Shown: positions 1 to 8,932 of the stretch, piece after piece
Layout of the letters: every line of letters begins with the position of its first letter
Position numbering within the stretch: the first letter of the stretch is position 1
From: Polyangiales bacterium
GTDB lineage: Bacteria > Myxococcota_A > Polyangia > Polyangiales > JADJQN01
DNA length: 64,000 bases
Assembly: GCA_964202905.1 (NCBI GenBank)
Contig: CAXNJO010000013.1
Location: forward strand, 1-64,000
Reading direction: 5' to 3'
Translations under genes and position numbers: made by a program
Notes under the pieces: model-generated
Database searches by the model: none
Told to the model about the DNA's origin: nothing
What the model saw: the letters and a program-made list of their open reading frames with translations, nothing else

Positions 1-613
1 GCGTGTCGCTCCTCATAGCGGAGCCGCGGTCGGCGTGGACGGTGAGGCCGGGCTCGACGCCGTGGCGCGCGATGGTCTCGGCGAAGAGCTGAGCGGCGAG
101 GTGCTTGCACTCCTTGGTCGCGAGCATCCACCCGACGACGTAGCGGCTGAAGAGATCGATGATGACGTACGCCATCAAGAAGACTCCCTTCTGCACCGTC
201 GCGAGCTTCGTGATGTCCCATGTCCAAACTTGGTTCGGCGCGGTCGCCGTGAGCGACGGTTTCGTATACGCTCGCGCAGGACGCTGATTTCTGCGCTCGC
301 CCGTCTCGCCCGCGGCGGCGAGCACGCGGTAAATCGTGCGGATGGACGCGAGATACACGCCTGTGCCGAGCAAGGCCGCGTAGACCTCGGTGGGCGGCTG
401 ATCGACGAACTCGGGAAGATGGAGAGTGTCGAGGATGCGCTGGCGCTCGCTGTCGGCGAGACGACGCGGACTCGGCGCACACACTCGGGCCACGAGCGGC
501 CCAATGAAGCGTGGTCGACGGGACCGATAGAGCGTCGCGCGACTCACCTCGAGCGCGTCGCACGCCGCGTTCACCGGCACGAGGTCGTGGTCTCGTTGTT
601 CGACGATGGCCAT
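1..613 (-). CDS. IS3-family transposase OrfB (DDE integrase core), runs off the window
   Basis: Manual translation from ATG 613: MAIVEQRDHDLVPVNAACDALEVSRATLYR...ATAPNQVWTWDITKL...IIDLFSRYVVGW...VHADRGSAMRS, carrying the WxWDIT and HxDRGS rve motifs. Not in the ORF track because it is open at the edge. Confidence 0.9.
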   Translation of the reverse strand, partial: MAIVEQRDHDLVPVNAACDALEVSRATLYRSRRPRFIGPLVARVCAPSPRRLADSERQRILDTLHLPEFVDQPPTEVYAALLGTGVYLASIRTIYRVLAAAGETGERRNQRPARAYTKPSLTATAPNQVWTWDITKLATVQKGVFLMAYVIIDLFSRYVVGWMLATKECKHLAAQLFAETIARHGVEPGLTVHADRGSAMRSDT

Positions 614-1065
614 CAGATCTCCCCGTCGAACTCGGGCAGTGCGATTCCCAGTATCTCGTGCGCTTTTTTTTGGAGGTCGATGAGCGCGTGCGCGACGAGC
701 AGCTTGCGCTGCGTCCGTGCGAGCTCCTTGGTGACCGCGAGCAGCTGCCGGTCCTTCGCGTCGAGCTTGGGCTTGCGACCAGGCTTCTGCGCCGCGAGGC
801 CCGCGATACCACGAACCCCGAGCTGCGTGCGCCACGCGGTCAGGTGCGAGCTGTAGATGCCTTCCTTGCGCAACAGGGCAGCCAGCGCACCTCGCTCGCC
901 GCTGACGACCGCGGCCTCTGCGGCCTTCACAAGACGCAACTTCTCCGACGCCGAGAACCGTCGCCGCGTTGTGGGCGGCACGCTCTCCAGCGATGCTCCG
1001 CTCGCGCCGAGCTCACGCTCTTTGATGAGACTTTCAGGACGAGGAACTGGGGCACGCTTGGGCAT
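613..1065 (-). CDS. IS3-family transposase OrfA (HTH)
   Basis: RRRFSASEKLRLV...ALLRKEGIYSSHLTAWR pattern typical of IS3 OrfA; TGA overlaps the orfB ATG (TGATG). Confidence 0.88.
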   Translation of the reverse strand: MPKRAPVPRPESLIKERELGASGASLESVPPTTRRRFSASEKLRLVKAAEAAVVSGERGALAALLRKEGIYSSHLTAWRTQLGVRGIAGLAAQKPGRKPKLDAKDRQLLAVTKELARTQRKLLVAHALIDLQKKAHEILGIALPEFDGEI

Positions 1066-1141
1066 TCTCGGTGAACCATTCTCCGCCCATCAGGACAAAC
1101 ATATCGAGGGAAAGCTGTCTCACGCGACGTTGGCACAGAGG

Positions 1142-1477
1142 GAAACGGACCCCGGTGCGATAGCGTCGTCGCTTTGCATCGTAAGGCCCGAAACCAATAG
1201 AGTTCTGGCCGCGTTTTTGTTGCTCTACTTCGACAGCTCACTCGGTGAGCGAATGATCCGGAAGTACGACAACGGCACCGCGCAACCCAACCTGTCGGCC
1301 ACTGATCTAGGCAAGTATCTGGTTCCGGTTCCAAGCCTGGGAGAGCAGCGCGAAGTCCTTCTCAAGGTCGATCAGCTCATGAAGGTCTGCGACGACCTCG
1401 AATCGCGCCTCACCGCGCGCCGAGGAGCGCGCATCGAAGCTTGGTCGAGGCGGTCGTCCAGGAGCTGGGTCGCGTAG
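1142..1477 (+). pseudogene. hsdS: Type I restriction-modification specificity subunit, C-terminal fragment
   Basis: GAIASSL..., GTAQPNLS..., PVPSLGEQREVLLKVDQLMKVCDDLESRL match the end of TRD2 and the conserved coiled coil of HsdS. No start of its own; 5' side abuts the IS. Confidence 0.8.
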
Positions 1478-1641
1478 CGCCGCGGCGCTACGCCTGCGAG
1501 AAGAACTTCACGTCGTGACCGAGGGCGCGGAGCGCCTCGTTCCTTCGACGATTCGAGAGTGCCCATCATCAGCGCCCGTGCGTGAACCGGCGCCCGCGCC
1601 CGACCGTCTCGAAATGCGCCTCATCCAGCCCCGAAAGCGCA

Positions 1642-1669
1642 ACGCCCCGCGAGGTGAGTCGCAGGGCGT
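1642..1669 (-). terminator. Probable intrinsic terminator after tRNA-Asp
   Basis: Minus-strand hairpin ACGCCCTGCGA-CTCACC-TCGCGGGGCGT with a weak U tail, ~26 nt past the tRNA CCA. Confidence 0.5.
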
Positions 1670-1695
1670 GGGCATCGAGGCGTTGAGTTGTGAAC

Positions 1696-1772
<77 letters not shown>

Positions 1773-1784
1773 AACGCGAGCCGA

Positions 1785-1812
1785 TGTCTAGCATCGCCCC
1801 GGGGACTGTCAA
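1785..1812 (-). promoter_or_regulatory. Sigma70-type promoter for tRNA-Asp
   Basis: TTGACA-N16-TAGACA with TGc just before the -10 box, 12 nt upstream of the tRNA. Confidence 0.6.
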
Positions 1813-1931
1813 AAACTATTTTCGCTCCCCGGCTGCAGAGGCTCGATGGGCCCGCACCGCAGCGGAGACCGACGGCGAGGCGGCGCGGACGGGGTGCTCG
1901 CGGCCCGCGTTTCGTGGTAGACGGCGCGCCC

Positions 1932-3185
1932 ATGGCCGAACAGACGCTCGCTCAGGTCGACCCCGAGATCGCTTCGCTCATCGCCGCCGAAGCGCAGCGC
2001 CAGCACGAGAAGGTGCGCCTCATCCCGAGCGAGAACTACGCCTCGCGCGCGGTCCTCGAGGCCTCCGGCAGCGTGCTCTCGAACAAGTACAGCGAGGGCT
2101 ACGCGGGCAAGCGCTACTACGAGGGGCAGCAGCACATCGACGGCGTCGAGAACCTCGCCCTCGACCGCATCAAGGCGCTCTTCGGCGTCGAGCACGCGAA
2201 CGTGCAGCCCTACTCGGGCAGCCCCGCGAACCTCGCGGTCTACTTCGCCTTCTGCAAGCCCGGCGACACGATCATGGGGCTCGGGCTGCCCGCGGGCGGG
2301 CACCTGACGCACGGCTGGAACGTCTCGATCACGGGCTCGTACTTCCACAGCGTCCCCTACGGCGTCCGCCGCGAGGACGAGCGCATCGACATGGACGAGG
2401 TCGCGCGCCTCGCCCGCGAGCACAAGCCGAAGCTGCTCTGGTGCGGCACCACCGCGTACTCGCGCGTCGTCGACTACGACACCTTCGCGCAGATCGCGCG
2501 CGAGGTCGGGGCGGTGCTCGTCGCGGACATCGCGCACATCTCGGGCCTCGTCGCGGGCGGCGCGCACCCGTCGCCGGTCGGCAAGGCCGAGGTCATCACC
2601 TCGACGACGCACAAGACGCTGCGCGGCCCGCGCGGCGGCATGGTGCTCTGCGACATGAAGCACGCGAAGGCCATCGACCGCGCGGTGTTCCCGGGCCTGC
2701 AGGGCGGCCCGCACAACTCGACGACGGCCGGCATCGCGGTCGCGGCGCGCGAGGCCTCGACGGACGCCTTCAAGACGTACGCGCACGACGTCGTCGCCAA
2801 CGCAAAGCACATGGCCGAGCGGCTCGTCGCGCGCGGCATCCGCCTCACGACCGGCGGCACGGACAACCACCTGCTGCTCTGCGACCTCACGCCGAAGGGC
2901 GTGCCGGGCAAGGTGGCCGCGCAGGCCCTCGATCGCGCGGGGATCGTCTGCAACTACAACTCGATCCCCTTCGATCCGCGCAAGCCCTTCGACCCGAGCG
3001 GCATCCGCCTCGGCACGCCGGCGATCACCTCGCGCGGCATGGGCCCGGCCGAGATGGCGCGTGTCGCCGACTGGATCGCGGACGTGGTCGAGAACATCGG
3101 TGACGAGGCGCGCCTCGCCTCGATCGCGGGCGCCGTGAAGGAGCTCTGCGATCACTTCCCGGCGCCGGGCCTGCCCGCGCGCTGA
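1932..3185 (+). CDS. glyA: Serine hydroxymethyltransferase
   Basis: LIPSENY, NKYSEGY..KRYY, GGHLTHG, STTHKTLRGPRGG (PLP lysine). Start moved to ATG 1932 because the longer ORF crosses the tRNA. Confidence 0.97.
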   Translation: MAEQTLAQVDPEIASLIAAEAQRQHEKVRLIPSENYASRAVLEASGSVLSNKYSEGYAGKRYYEGQQHIDGVENLALDRIKALFGVEHANVQPYSGSPANLAVYFAFCKPGDTIMGLGLPAGGHLTHGWNVSITGSYFHSVPYGVRREDERIDMDEVARLAREHKPKLLWCGTTAYSRVVDYDTFAQIAREVGAVLVADIAHISGLVAGGAHPSPVGKAEVITSTTHKTLRGPRGGMVLCDMKHAKAIDRAVFPGLQGGPHNSTTAGIAVAAREASTDAFKTYAHDVVANAKHMAERLVARGIRLTTGGTDNHLLLCDLTPKGVPGKVAAQALDRAGIVCNYNSIPFDPRKPFDPSGIRLGTPAITSRGMGPAEMARVADWIADVVENIGDEARLASIAGAVKELCDHFPAPGLPAR

Positions 3186-3229
3186 CGGAAACTTGCTCGT
3201 CGGCGGCCTCCGCTGAGACGGTCCCGCCG

Positions 3230-4744
3230 ATGTCCCTCTCGGGCCCACGCGTGCGTCTCGGCGCGGCCGCGGCGCTGCTGATCGCCGCGGGGCTGCTCGG
3301 CGGCTTCGCGCTCGCGCCGGATGCGCCCGTCCGCGCAGCCGCCGACGTCGCCGTGAGCCTCGGCGGCGTGCCGATCGCGCGGGAGGGCCACGACGTGCAG
3401 GCGCTCTCCGTCGCGCAGGCGCGCAGCTACCTGCGCGAGCCGATCACGCTGGTCGCCGGCGAGCTCCGGGTCACGCGGACGCGCGCGCAGCTCGGCGCGA
3501 CCGTGGATGCGGAGCACCTCGCGGCCCTCGTCGCCGCGGCGCGTGATCCGCGCTCGCCGCTGCGCCGCCTCCACGCCCAGCGGCACGGCGCAGCGCCGCT
3601 CGCGCTGAAGATGCCCGTCGATCTCGCGCCCGATCGCGCGTTCGCGGTGCTGCTCTCGATGAAGAGCCGCGTCGACCGTCCCCCCGAGGACGCGCGTATC
3701 GACGTGCGCGCCGGCACGGTGCGTCCGGAGCGCGTCGGCCGACGACTCGACGTCTACGCGGGGCTCGATGCGCTCTCGGACGCATTGCGCGCCGGGCAGA
3801 CGGAGGTCGCGCTGCCGCTCGAGGTGCGCGCGCCGCGGCGCGTCGCGACCGAGCTCGGCGGGCACGATTTCTCCGCGGTGATCGGCGAGTTCGAGACCCA
3901 CTACAACCCGGGCGAGAAGACGCGCGATCGCACGTTCAACCTGCGCGTCGGCGCGGCCAAGATCGACGGTCTCGTGCTGCTGCCGGGCGAGACGCTCGAC
4001 TTCAACGAGGTCGTCGGCGAGCGCAGCGAGGCCAACGGATTCCGCATCGCGACGGTCATCGCCGACGGCGAGCTCGGCGAGGGCGTCGGCGGCGGGACCT
4101 GCCAGGTCGCGGGCACGCTGCACGCGGCGGCCTACTTCGCGGGGCTCCCGATCGTCGAGCGCGGCCCGCACTCGCGCCCGAGCTTCTACATCAAGATGGG
4201 CATGGACGCGATGGTGTCCTACCCTGACAAAAACCTGCGTTTCACGAACGATCTGCCCTTCCCCGTCGCGCTCGGCATGACGGTGCGCGACGGACTCGTG
4301 CACGCCGAGATCCGGGGCCACGCGCGCACGCGCCTGGTCACCTTCGTGCGCCGCATCGACCGCGTCGAGCGCTTCGAGGAGCGCGACGACCCCGACGCCT
4401 CGCTGCCGACGGGCGTGCGCGTGCTCAAGCAGCGCGGAATCCCCGGCTTCCGCGTGAGCCGCTGGCGCGTCGTACGGCAGGTCGCGCTCAACCAGGCCGT
4501 GCGCCAGCGCAGCGAGGACACCTACCCGCCGACCGCGCAGATCTGGCGCGTCGGCTCGGGTGGTGCGGCGGCACCCGGGTTCGTCGCGCCCATGGGCGAC
4601 GACCACCCCGAGTACACGGCCGACGAGTACCTCGCCGCGACACAGGGCCCCGGCGTCGTCGGCACGCAGGAGTCGAAGCGCGCCGGGCGCACGGGCGTCG
4701 CGGGCTGGACGGAGCGCGAGGGCTTCGCGCGCGCCGCGCAGTGA
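3230..4744 (+). CDS. VanW-family protein with N-terminal membrane anchor and G5-like C-terminal region
   Basis: RTFNLRVGAAKIDGLVLLPGETLDFNEVVGERSEANGF, GGGTCQVAGTLH, ER.PHS, GMDAMVSY. Confidence 0.88.
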   Translation: MSLSGPRVRLGAAAALLIAAGLLGGFALAPDAPVRAAADVAVSLGGVPIAREGHDVQALSVAQARSYLREPITLVAGELRVTRTRAQLGATVDAEHLAALVAAARDPRSPLRRLHAQRHGAAPLALKMPVDLAPDRAFAVLLSMKSRVDRPPEDARIDVRAGTVRPERVGRRLDVYAGLDALSDALRAGQTEVALPLEVRAPRRVATELGGHDFSAVIGEFETHYNPGEKTRDRTFNLRVGAAKIDGLVLLPGETLDFNEVVGERSEANGFRIATVIADGELGEGVGGGTCQVAGTLHAAAYFAGLPIVERGPHSRPSFYIKMGMDAMVSYPDKNLRFTNDLPFPVALGMTVRDGLVHAEIRGHARTRLVTFVRRIDRVERFEERDDPDASLPTGVRVLKQRGIPGFRVSRWRVVRQVALNQAVRQRSEDTYPPTAQIWRVGSGGAAAPGFVAPMGDDHPEYTADEYLAATQGPGVVGTQESKRAGRTGVAGWTEREGFARAAQ

Positions 4745-4748
4745 CGCC

Positions 4749-5957
4749 ATGATCGCGCCCATGTCGCTCGCGGGGAGGCAGATCGTCGTCGGCGTCTCGG
4801 GCGGCGTCGCGGCCTTCAAGGCCGTCGAGTTGGTGCGCGAGTTGGGGCGGCGCGGGGCCACCGTGCGCGTCGTGATGACGCGGGCCGCGACGCGCTTCGT
4901 CGGGCCGATCACGTTCACGGCGCTGACGGGCAAGCCCCCGGTGGTCGACCTCTGGGACCCTTCCTACGCGGGCGAGGTCCACGTCGAGCTCGCCTCCAAC
5001 GCCGACGTGATCGTGGTCGCGCCCGCGACGGCGAACGTCCTCGCGAGGGCGGCGCACGGCCACGCGGACGACGCGCTGCTCGCGACGATCCTCTGCGCGC
5101 GCGGGCCGATCTTCTATGCGCCCGCGATGCATGCGCGGATGTGGGCGAGGGAGAGCACGCAGCGCAACGTCGCGCAGCTGCGCGCGGACGGCGCGCGCAT
5201 CGTCGGCCCCGTGAGCGGCCCGCTCGCGAGCGGCGAGGTCGGCATGGGCCGGCTCGCCGAGCCCTCCGCGATCGCCGACGCGATCACCCATTTCTTCGCA
5301 GAATCCCGCGATCTCGCGGGCCGCACGCTGCTCGTCAGCGCGGGGCCGACGCACGAAGACCTCGATCCGGTGCGCTTCCTCGGCAACAAATCGAGCGGGA
5401 AGATGGGCTTCGCGATCGCCGAGCGCGCGGCCGCGCGCGGTGCGCGCGTGCGCCTCGTCGCGGGGCCCGTCGCGCTCGCGACCCCCCTCGGGGTCGAGCG
5501 CATCGACATCCGCAGCGCGCGCGATCTCGAAGCGGCGCTCGCGACGCACTACGCGGACGCCGACGCGATCGTGATGTGCGCCGCCGTGGCCGACTACCGC
5601 CCGCGCGAGGCCGCGTCCGACAAACTCAAGAAGCGCGGCGACGGCGCGCCGCTCGTGCTCGAGCTCGTGCCGAACCCCGACATCCTCGCGGGCCTCGGCG
5701 CACGCCGCGCGGACGCGTCGCGGCCGGTGCTCGTGGGCTTCGCGCTCGAGACGACCGATCTGCTCACCGCCGCGCGCGAAAAGCTGGTGCGCAAGCGCGT
5801 GGACCTCGTCGTCGCGAACCACGCCGTGGACGGCCTCGGCACCGACGACAACCTCGCCACGCTCGTCAGCGCGGCGGGCGACGAGCCGCTCGGCCGCCTC
5901 GACAAACGCGCGCTCGCCGACGCGATCCTCGACCGCGTGGCGGCGCGGCTCACTTGA
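4749..5957 (+). CDS. coaBC: Bifunctional phosphopantothenoylcysteine decarboxylase / phosphopantothenate-cysteine ligase
   Basis: GVSGGVAAFKA, APATAN, PAMH..MW, SAGPTHEDLDPVRFLGNKSSGKMG, AAVADYRP, VGFALET. Alternative start at 4761. Confidence 0.96.
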   Translation: MIAPMSLAGRQIVVGVSGGVAAFKAVELVRELGRRGATVRVVMTRAATRFVGPITFTALTGKPPVVDLWDPSYAGEVHVELASNADVIVVAPATANVLARAAHGHADDALLATILCARGPIFYAPAMHARMWARESTQRNVAQLRADGARIVGPVSGPLASGEVGMGRLAEPSAIADAITHFFAESRDLAGRTLLVSAGPTHEDLDPVRFLGNKSSGKMGFAIAERAAARGARVRLVAGPVALATPLGVERIDIRSARDLEAALATHYADADAIVMCAAVADYRPREAASDKLKKRGDGAPLVLELVPNPDILAGLGARRADASRPVLVGFALETTDLLTAAREKLVRKRVDLVVANHAVDGLGTDDNLATLVSAAGDEPLGRLDKRALADAILDRVAARLT

Positions 5958-5981
5958 GCGCGATCGACGCAGGACATGTCA

Positions 5982-6033
5982 GTCGCGAATCATGATTCGC
6001 CCGACCGATGTCGCGACTCGTGATTCGCGACAT
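5982..6033. repeat. Pair of related palindromes between convergent coaBC and kdd
   Basis: GCGAATCATGATTCGC (5985-6000, perfect) and ATGTCGCGA-CTCGTGAT-TCGCGACAT (6008-6033). Confidence 0.6.
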
Positions 6034-6059
6034 GCAGATCGTGTGATGACGCGCCCGCC

Positions 6060-7118
6060 TCAGCCGTAGCGGCGCTCGAAGAGCGCGCGCACCGCGGGCT
6101 CGCGGCGCAGGAGCGCCAGCGTGTGCTCGGCGTGCCCGTGCGCGAAGCCGTTGCCGACGAGCATGTCGACGTCGCGGCCGACGCCCTCGGCGCCGAGCGC
6201 AGCGCGCGTGAAGCTCGTCGTCATCGAGAAGAAGTAGATGGCGCCGCGGTCCCGCGTGCAGAGGATCGCCGCGAGCTCCGCGCCCTCGACGTTCACGCAG
6301 CTCACCGCGCGATCGACCTCGCGCCCGCCCGTCGCCGCGAGCACGGCGGCGCGCACCGCGAGCGGATCGCGCGCGTCGCCCTCGATGACCGCGTCGCACA
6401 CGCCGAGCGCGCGCAGATCGGCGGCGTAGGGCGCGTACGACTCGACGCCGACGACCACGCCGCGCGGGCCGACCCTGCGGCGCGCCTCGACCGCGCAGAT
6501 CACGCCGCTCTTGCCGCCCGCGCCGAGCACGAGCACGGACTGCCCTTCGCTGCAGATGCGCGCGACCTGGGGCGCGGCCCCGGCGACGTCGAGCGCGGCG
6601 AGCGCGAGACGATCGGGGAAGTCCGCGGGCATGACCGCGTAGAGCCCTGTCGCGAAAAGCACGGCCTGTCCGCGCACGTCGAGCTGCGCGCTCGCGGGGC
6701 GCACCGCGCCGACGCTCTCGAGGCAGAGCGGCGTGAGCGAGAGCGACACGAGCGTCGCGATGCGGTCGCCCACCTGCGCGGCGTCGCCCGTGCGCGCGCT
6801 GCCGATGCGCGCGACGCGCCCGAGCAGCATGCCGCCCGAGCCCGTCACGGGGTTGTGCTGCTTGCCGCGCGTGGCCACCGTCTCGCGCACGAGCCGCACG
6901 ACGCCGGCGGTGCCCTCGCCCCCCGTCGCCTCTTCCATCTGCCGAAAGCTCGCCGCGTCCACGTTCAACGTCTCGACGTCGATCAGCAGCTCGCTCTCGA
7001 AGGTCCGTGAGAGGTCGTTGTCGACGCGCCACGCGGCCTGCGGAAGCGAGCCCACGGGCTCGACCACGCGGTGCGCGCCGAAGGCATCGCCCACCGCCGT
7101 GCCGTCGTGCGTCACCAT
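6060..7118 (-). CDS. kdd: L-erythro-3,5-diaminohexanoate dehydrogenase
   Basis: GAHRVVEPVGSLPQAAWRVDND, IDVETLNVDAASF, RGKQHNPVTGSGGMLLG, LDVAGAAPQ, YFFSMTTSFTRAALGAEG, MLVGNG. Start ATG 7118 overlaps the upstream TGA. Confidence 0.9.
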   Translation of the reverse strand: MVTHDGTAVGDAFGAHRVVEPVGSLPQAAWRVDNDLSRTFESELLIDVETLNVDAASFRQMEEATGGEGTAGVVRLVRETVATRGKQHNPVTGSGGMLLGRVARIGSARTGDAAQVGDRIATLVSLSLTPLCLESVGAVRPASAQLDVRGQAVLFATGLYAVMPADFPDRLALAALDVAGAAPQVARICSEGQSVLVLGAGGKSGVICAVEARRRVGPRGVVVGVESYAPYAADLRALGVCDAVIEGDARDPLAVRAAVLAATGGREVDRAVSCVNVEGAELAAILCTRDRGAIYFFSMTTSFTRAALGAEGVGRDVDMLVGNGFAHGHAEHTLALLRREPAVRALFERRYG

Positions 7119-7720
7119 CAGAAGACCCCTTCCACTGGACCGGCGCCGACCCGCGTGACCTCGGGCGCCGCGCCCGTCATGTCGACGACCGTCGTGCTCG
7201 TGAGCCGCCCGTAGCCGGCGTCGAGGATGAGGTCGAGACCACCGAAGCGCGCGTCGATGTCGGCGGGGTCGTTGAGCGACTCGCCGTCCCACGCCGCCGT
7301 CGTCGAGATGATCGGATTGCCGAGCTCCCGCACGAGCGCGAGCGGCACCTCGTGGTGCGGCACGCGGATGCCCACGGTCTTGCGCTTCATCATCAGGATC
7401 TTCGGGACCTCGCGGGTCGCCTCGAGGATGAAGCAGTAGGGCCCGGGCAGCAGGCGCCGCATGATGCGATAGGCCTGGTTGTCGACGACGGCGTATTTCG
7501 CGATGTCGCCGAGATCGCTGCAGATGAACGCGAGCGGCTGGTCGGGCTTCATCCGCTTCATCGCGTAGATCTTGTCGATGGCCTTCTTCTGCGTGATGTC
7601 GCAGCCGATGCCGTAGACGGTGTCGGTGGGATAGGCGATGACGCCGCCTCGGCGCAGCACCTCGACGGCGCGGGCGATCTTGCGCGGCTCGGGGTGCTCT
7701 TCGTGGATCTCGATGCGCAT
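7118..7720 (-). CDS. Sua5/YrdC/YciO-family protein, YciO-like
   Basis: GGVIAYPTDTVYGIGC, LLPGPYCFIL, KRKTVGIRVP. ISTTAA replaces the TSAN motif of TsaC. Confidence 0.88.
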   Translation of the reverse strand: MRIEIHEEHPEPRKIARAVEVLRRGGVIAYPTDTVYGIGCDITQKKAIDKIYAMKRMKPDQPLAFICSDLGDIAKYAVVDNQAYRIMRRLLPGPYCFILEATREVPKILMMKRKTVGIRVPHHEVPLALVRELGNPIISTTAAWDGESLNDPADIDARFGGLDLILDAGYGRLTSTTVVDMTGAAPEVTRVGAGPVEGVF

Positions 7721-8052
7721 GTCGGCTTGTCTCCGCGTCCGTTTCAGGCCAAGACTGCGCCCCGCGAGGCGGGCGCTTGTGTAGGACGCCGCGCGCGCCT
7801 CTGCAACGACGATGTGGGCCCGCCGCCGCGGCGAGCCACGGATGGCACGCTCCGATCGGCCGCTGACCCCACCGCTCCATTCACTCTGTTCAGGCCTCCC
7901 CCGACCGCCACGAGGGCGTCAGCGCCCCGCTCCACCGCGAGCCGGGCGCTTCCACGGGGACTACGTTCACCGACGCCCACCCGGGCGTCTCGCAGACCCG
8001 CAGTGAGGGCCCGGACGCCAGAAGGCCCGGCCCCCGAGGAGAAGAGAAGCGA

Positions 8053-8271
8053 ATGAGCCGCGATGACCATGTTCGACTCGAGGGCGTCGTCACCGACGTG
8101 TATGCAGGCGGACAGTTCGCCGTGAAGACGGATGCCGGTGCGCTCGTGCGCGCCCAGCTTTGCGGGCGCATGCGCAAGCACCGCATCCGCGTGATCCTCG
8201 GCGACCGGGTCACCGTCGCGCTCTCCCCCTACGATCTCACGCACGGGATGATCGTCTTCCGCGCGAAGTGA
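8053..8271 (+). CDS. infA: Translation initiation factor IF-1
   Basis: 72 aa; GRMRKHRIRVILGDRVTVALSPYDLTHGMIVFR. Confidence 0.95.
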   Translation: MSRDDHVRLEGVVTDVYAGGQFAVKTDAGALVRAQLCGRMRKHRIRVILGDRVTVALSPYDLTHGMIVFRAK

Positions 8272-8323
8272 GCGCCCTGCGCTCCCCTTTCCGCTTGCCG
8301 CACGCACCCCGAGGGACGTCCCG

Positions 8324-8824
8324 ATGACCACGACCGACTCGCGCCCCTTCCTCGTCCTCACCGCCATCCTCGATGGCTCTGCCCGCGCGGCGGCCGTGAC
8401 GCGCAGCCACGGCGAGGCGCTCGACCGGGCGATGCGCGCGACCCAGAAGGCCGCGATCGCCGGCCTCGACATCGTCGAGTTGCCCGTCGCCCCGCAGTCC
8501 TTCCAGGCGCTGCGCAAGCACTTCCAGTACCCCGACGACACCGTCGCGATCTACGACGTGTTCCCGCTCGCCGCGCACCTCGACGCCGCGCACCGCAAGG
8601 TCGCGGGCCAGTTCCTCGCGGCCGAGGTCCTCTGGACGCTCGACGCGCAGGGCCAGCTCGCGGGTGTGCCGCTCAACGTGAAGCTCGACCTTCCGAACGG
8701 CTGGGACAGAGACCCGAAGGCCGTCCACGACAAGCTGATGGGCGTCGGCGCCCTCGACTTCAACGCCGAGGCGATCGAGACGTTCAAGACGGTCAAGGCC
8801 GCGTGGGAGTCGACCGCGAAGTGA
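8324..8824 (+). CDS. Hypothetical protein, 166 aa
   Basis: Strong GC3 codon bias, globular composition, GAGGGA RBS, co-oriented 52 nt after infA. Confidence 0.8.
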   Translation: MTTTDSRPFLVLTAILDGSARAAAVTRSHGEALDRAMRATQKAAIAGLDIVELPVAPQSFQALRKHFQYPDDTVAIYDVFPLAAHLDAAHRKVAGQFLAAEVLWTLDAQGQLAGVPLNVKLDLPNGWDRDPKAVHDKLMGVGALDFNAEAIETFKTVKAAWESTAK

Positions 8825-8932
8825 CGCGCGTCGCGGGGCGCGGGTCCACTGCGCCCTCGATGCCCGGCGTCCGCGCGCCCCGAAAACCTCGCCGACGCGG
8901 CGAATCGCCCCTCGGGCGCTGAGGCGCTGCCC

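Larger units (their letters stand above)
1..1142 (-). mobile_element. IS3-family insertion sequence, partial (distal end lies outside the window)
   Basis: orfA/orfB arrangement with an A8G slippery run at 663-671. Probable terminal repeat TGTCTCACGCGACGTTGGCACAGAGGG at ~1116-1142, after which hsdS-like coding begins. Exact boundary uncertain by a few bases. Confidence 0.85.

Noticed and set aside
857..1141. 5' part of the 206-aa ORF as a true HsdS N-terminus
   Set aside because: It is antisense IS sequence that happens to be in frame with the hsdS fragment.
7843..7860. Sigma54 promoter (TGGCACG) upstream of infA
   Set aside because: The -12 GC is missing at the required spacing (GG-N10-TC).
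7860..8050. 6S, SRP or tmRNA gene
   Set aside because: No recognisable conserved motifs or expected gene context; kept only as an unassigned leader candidate.
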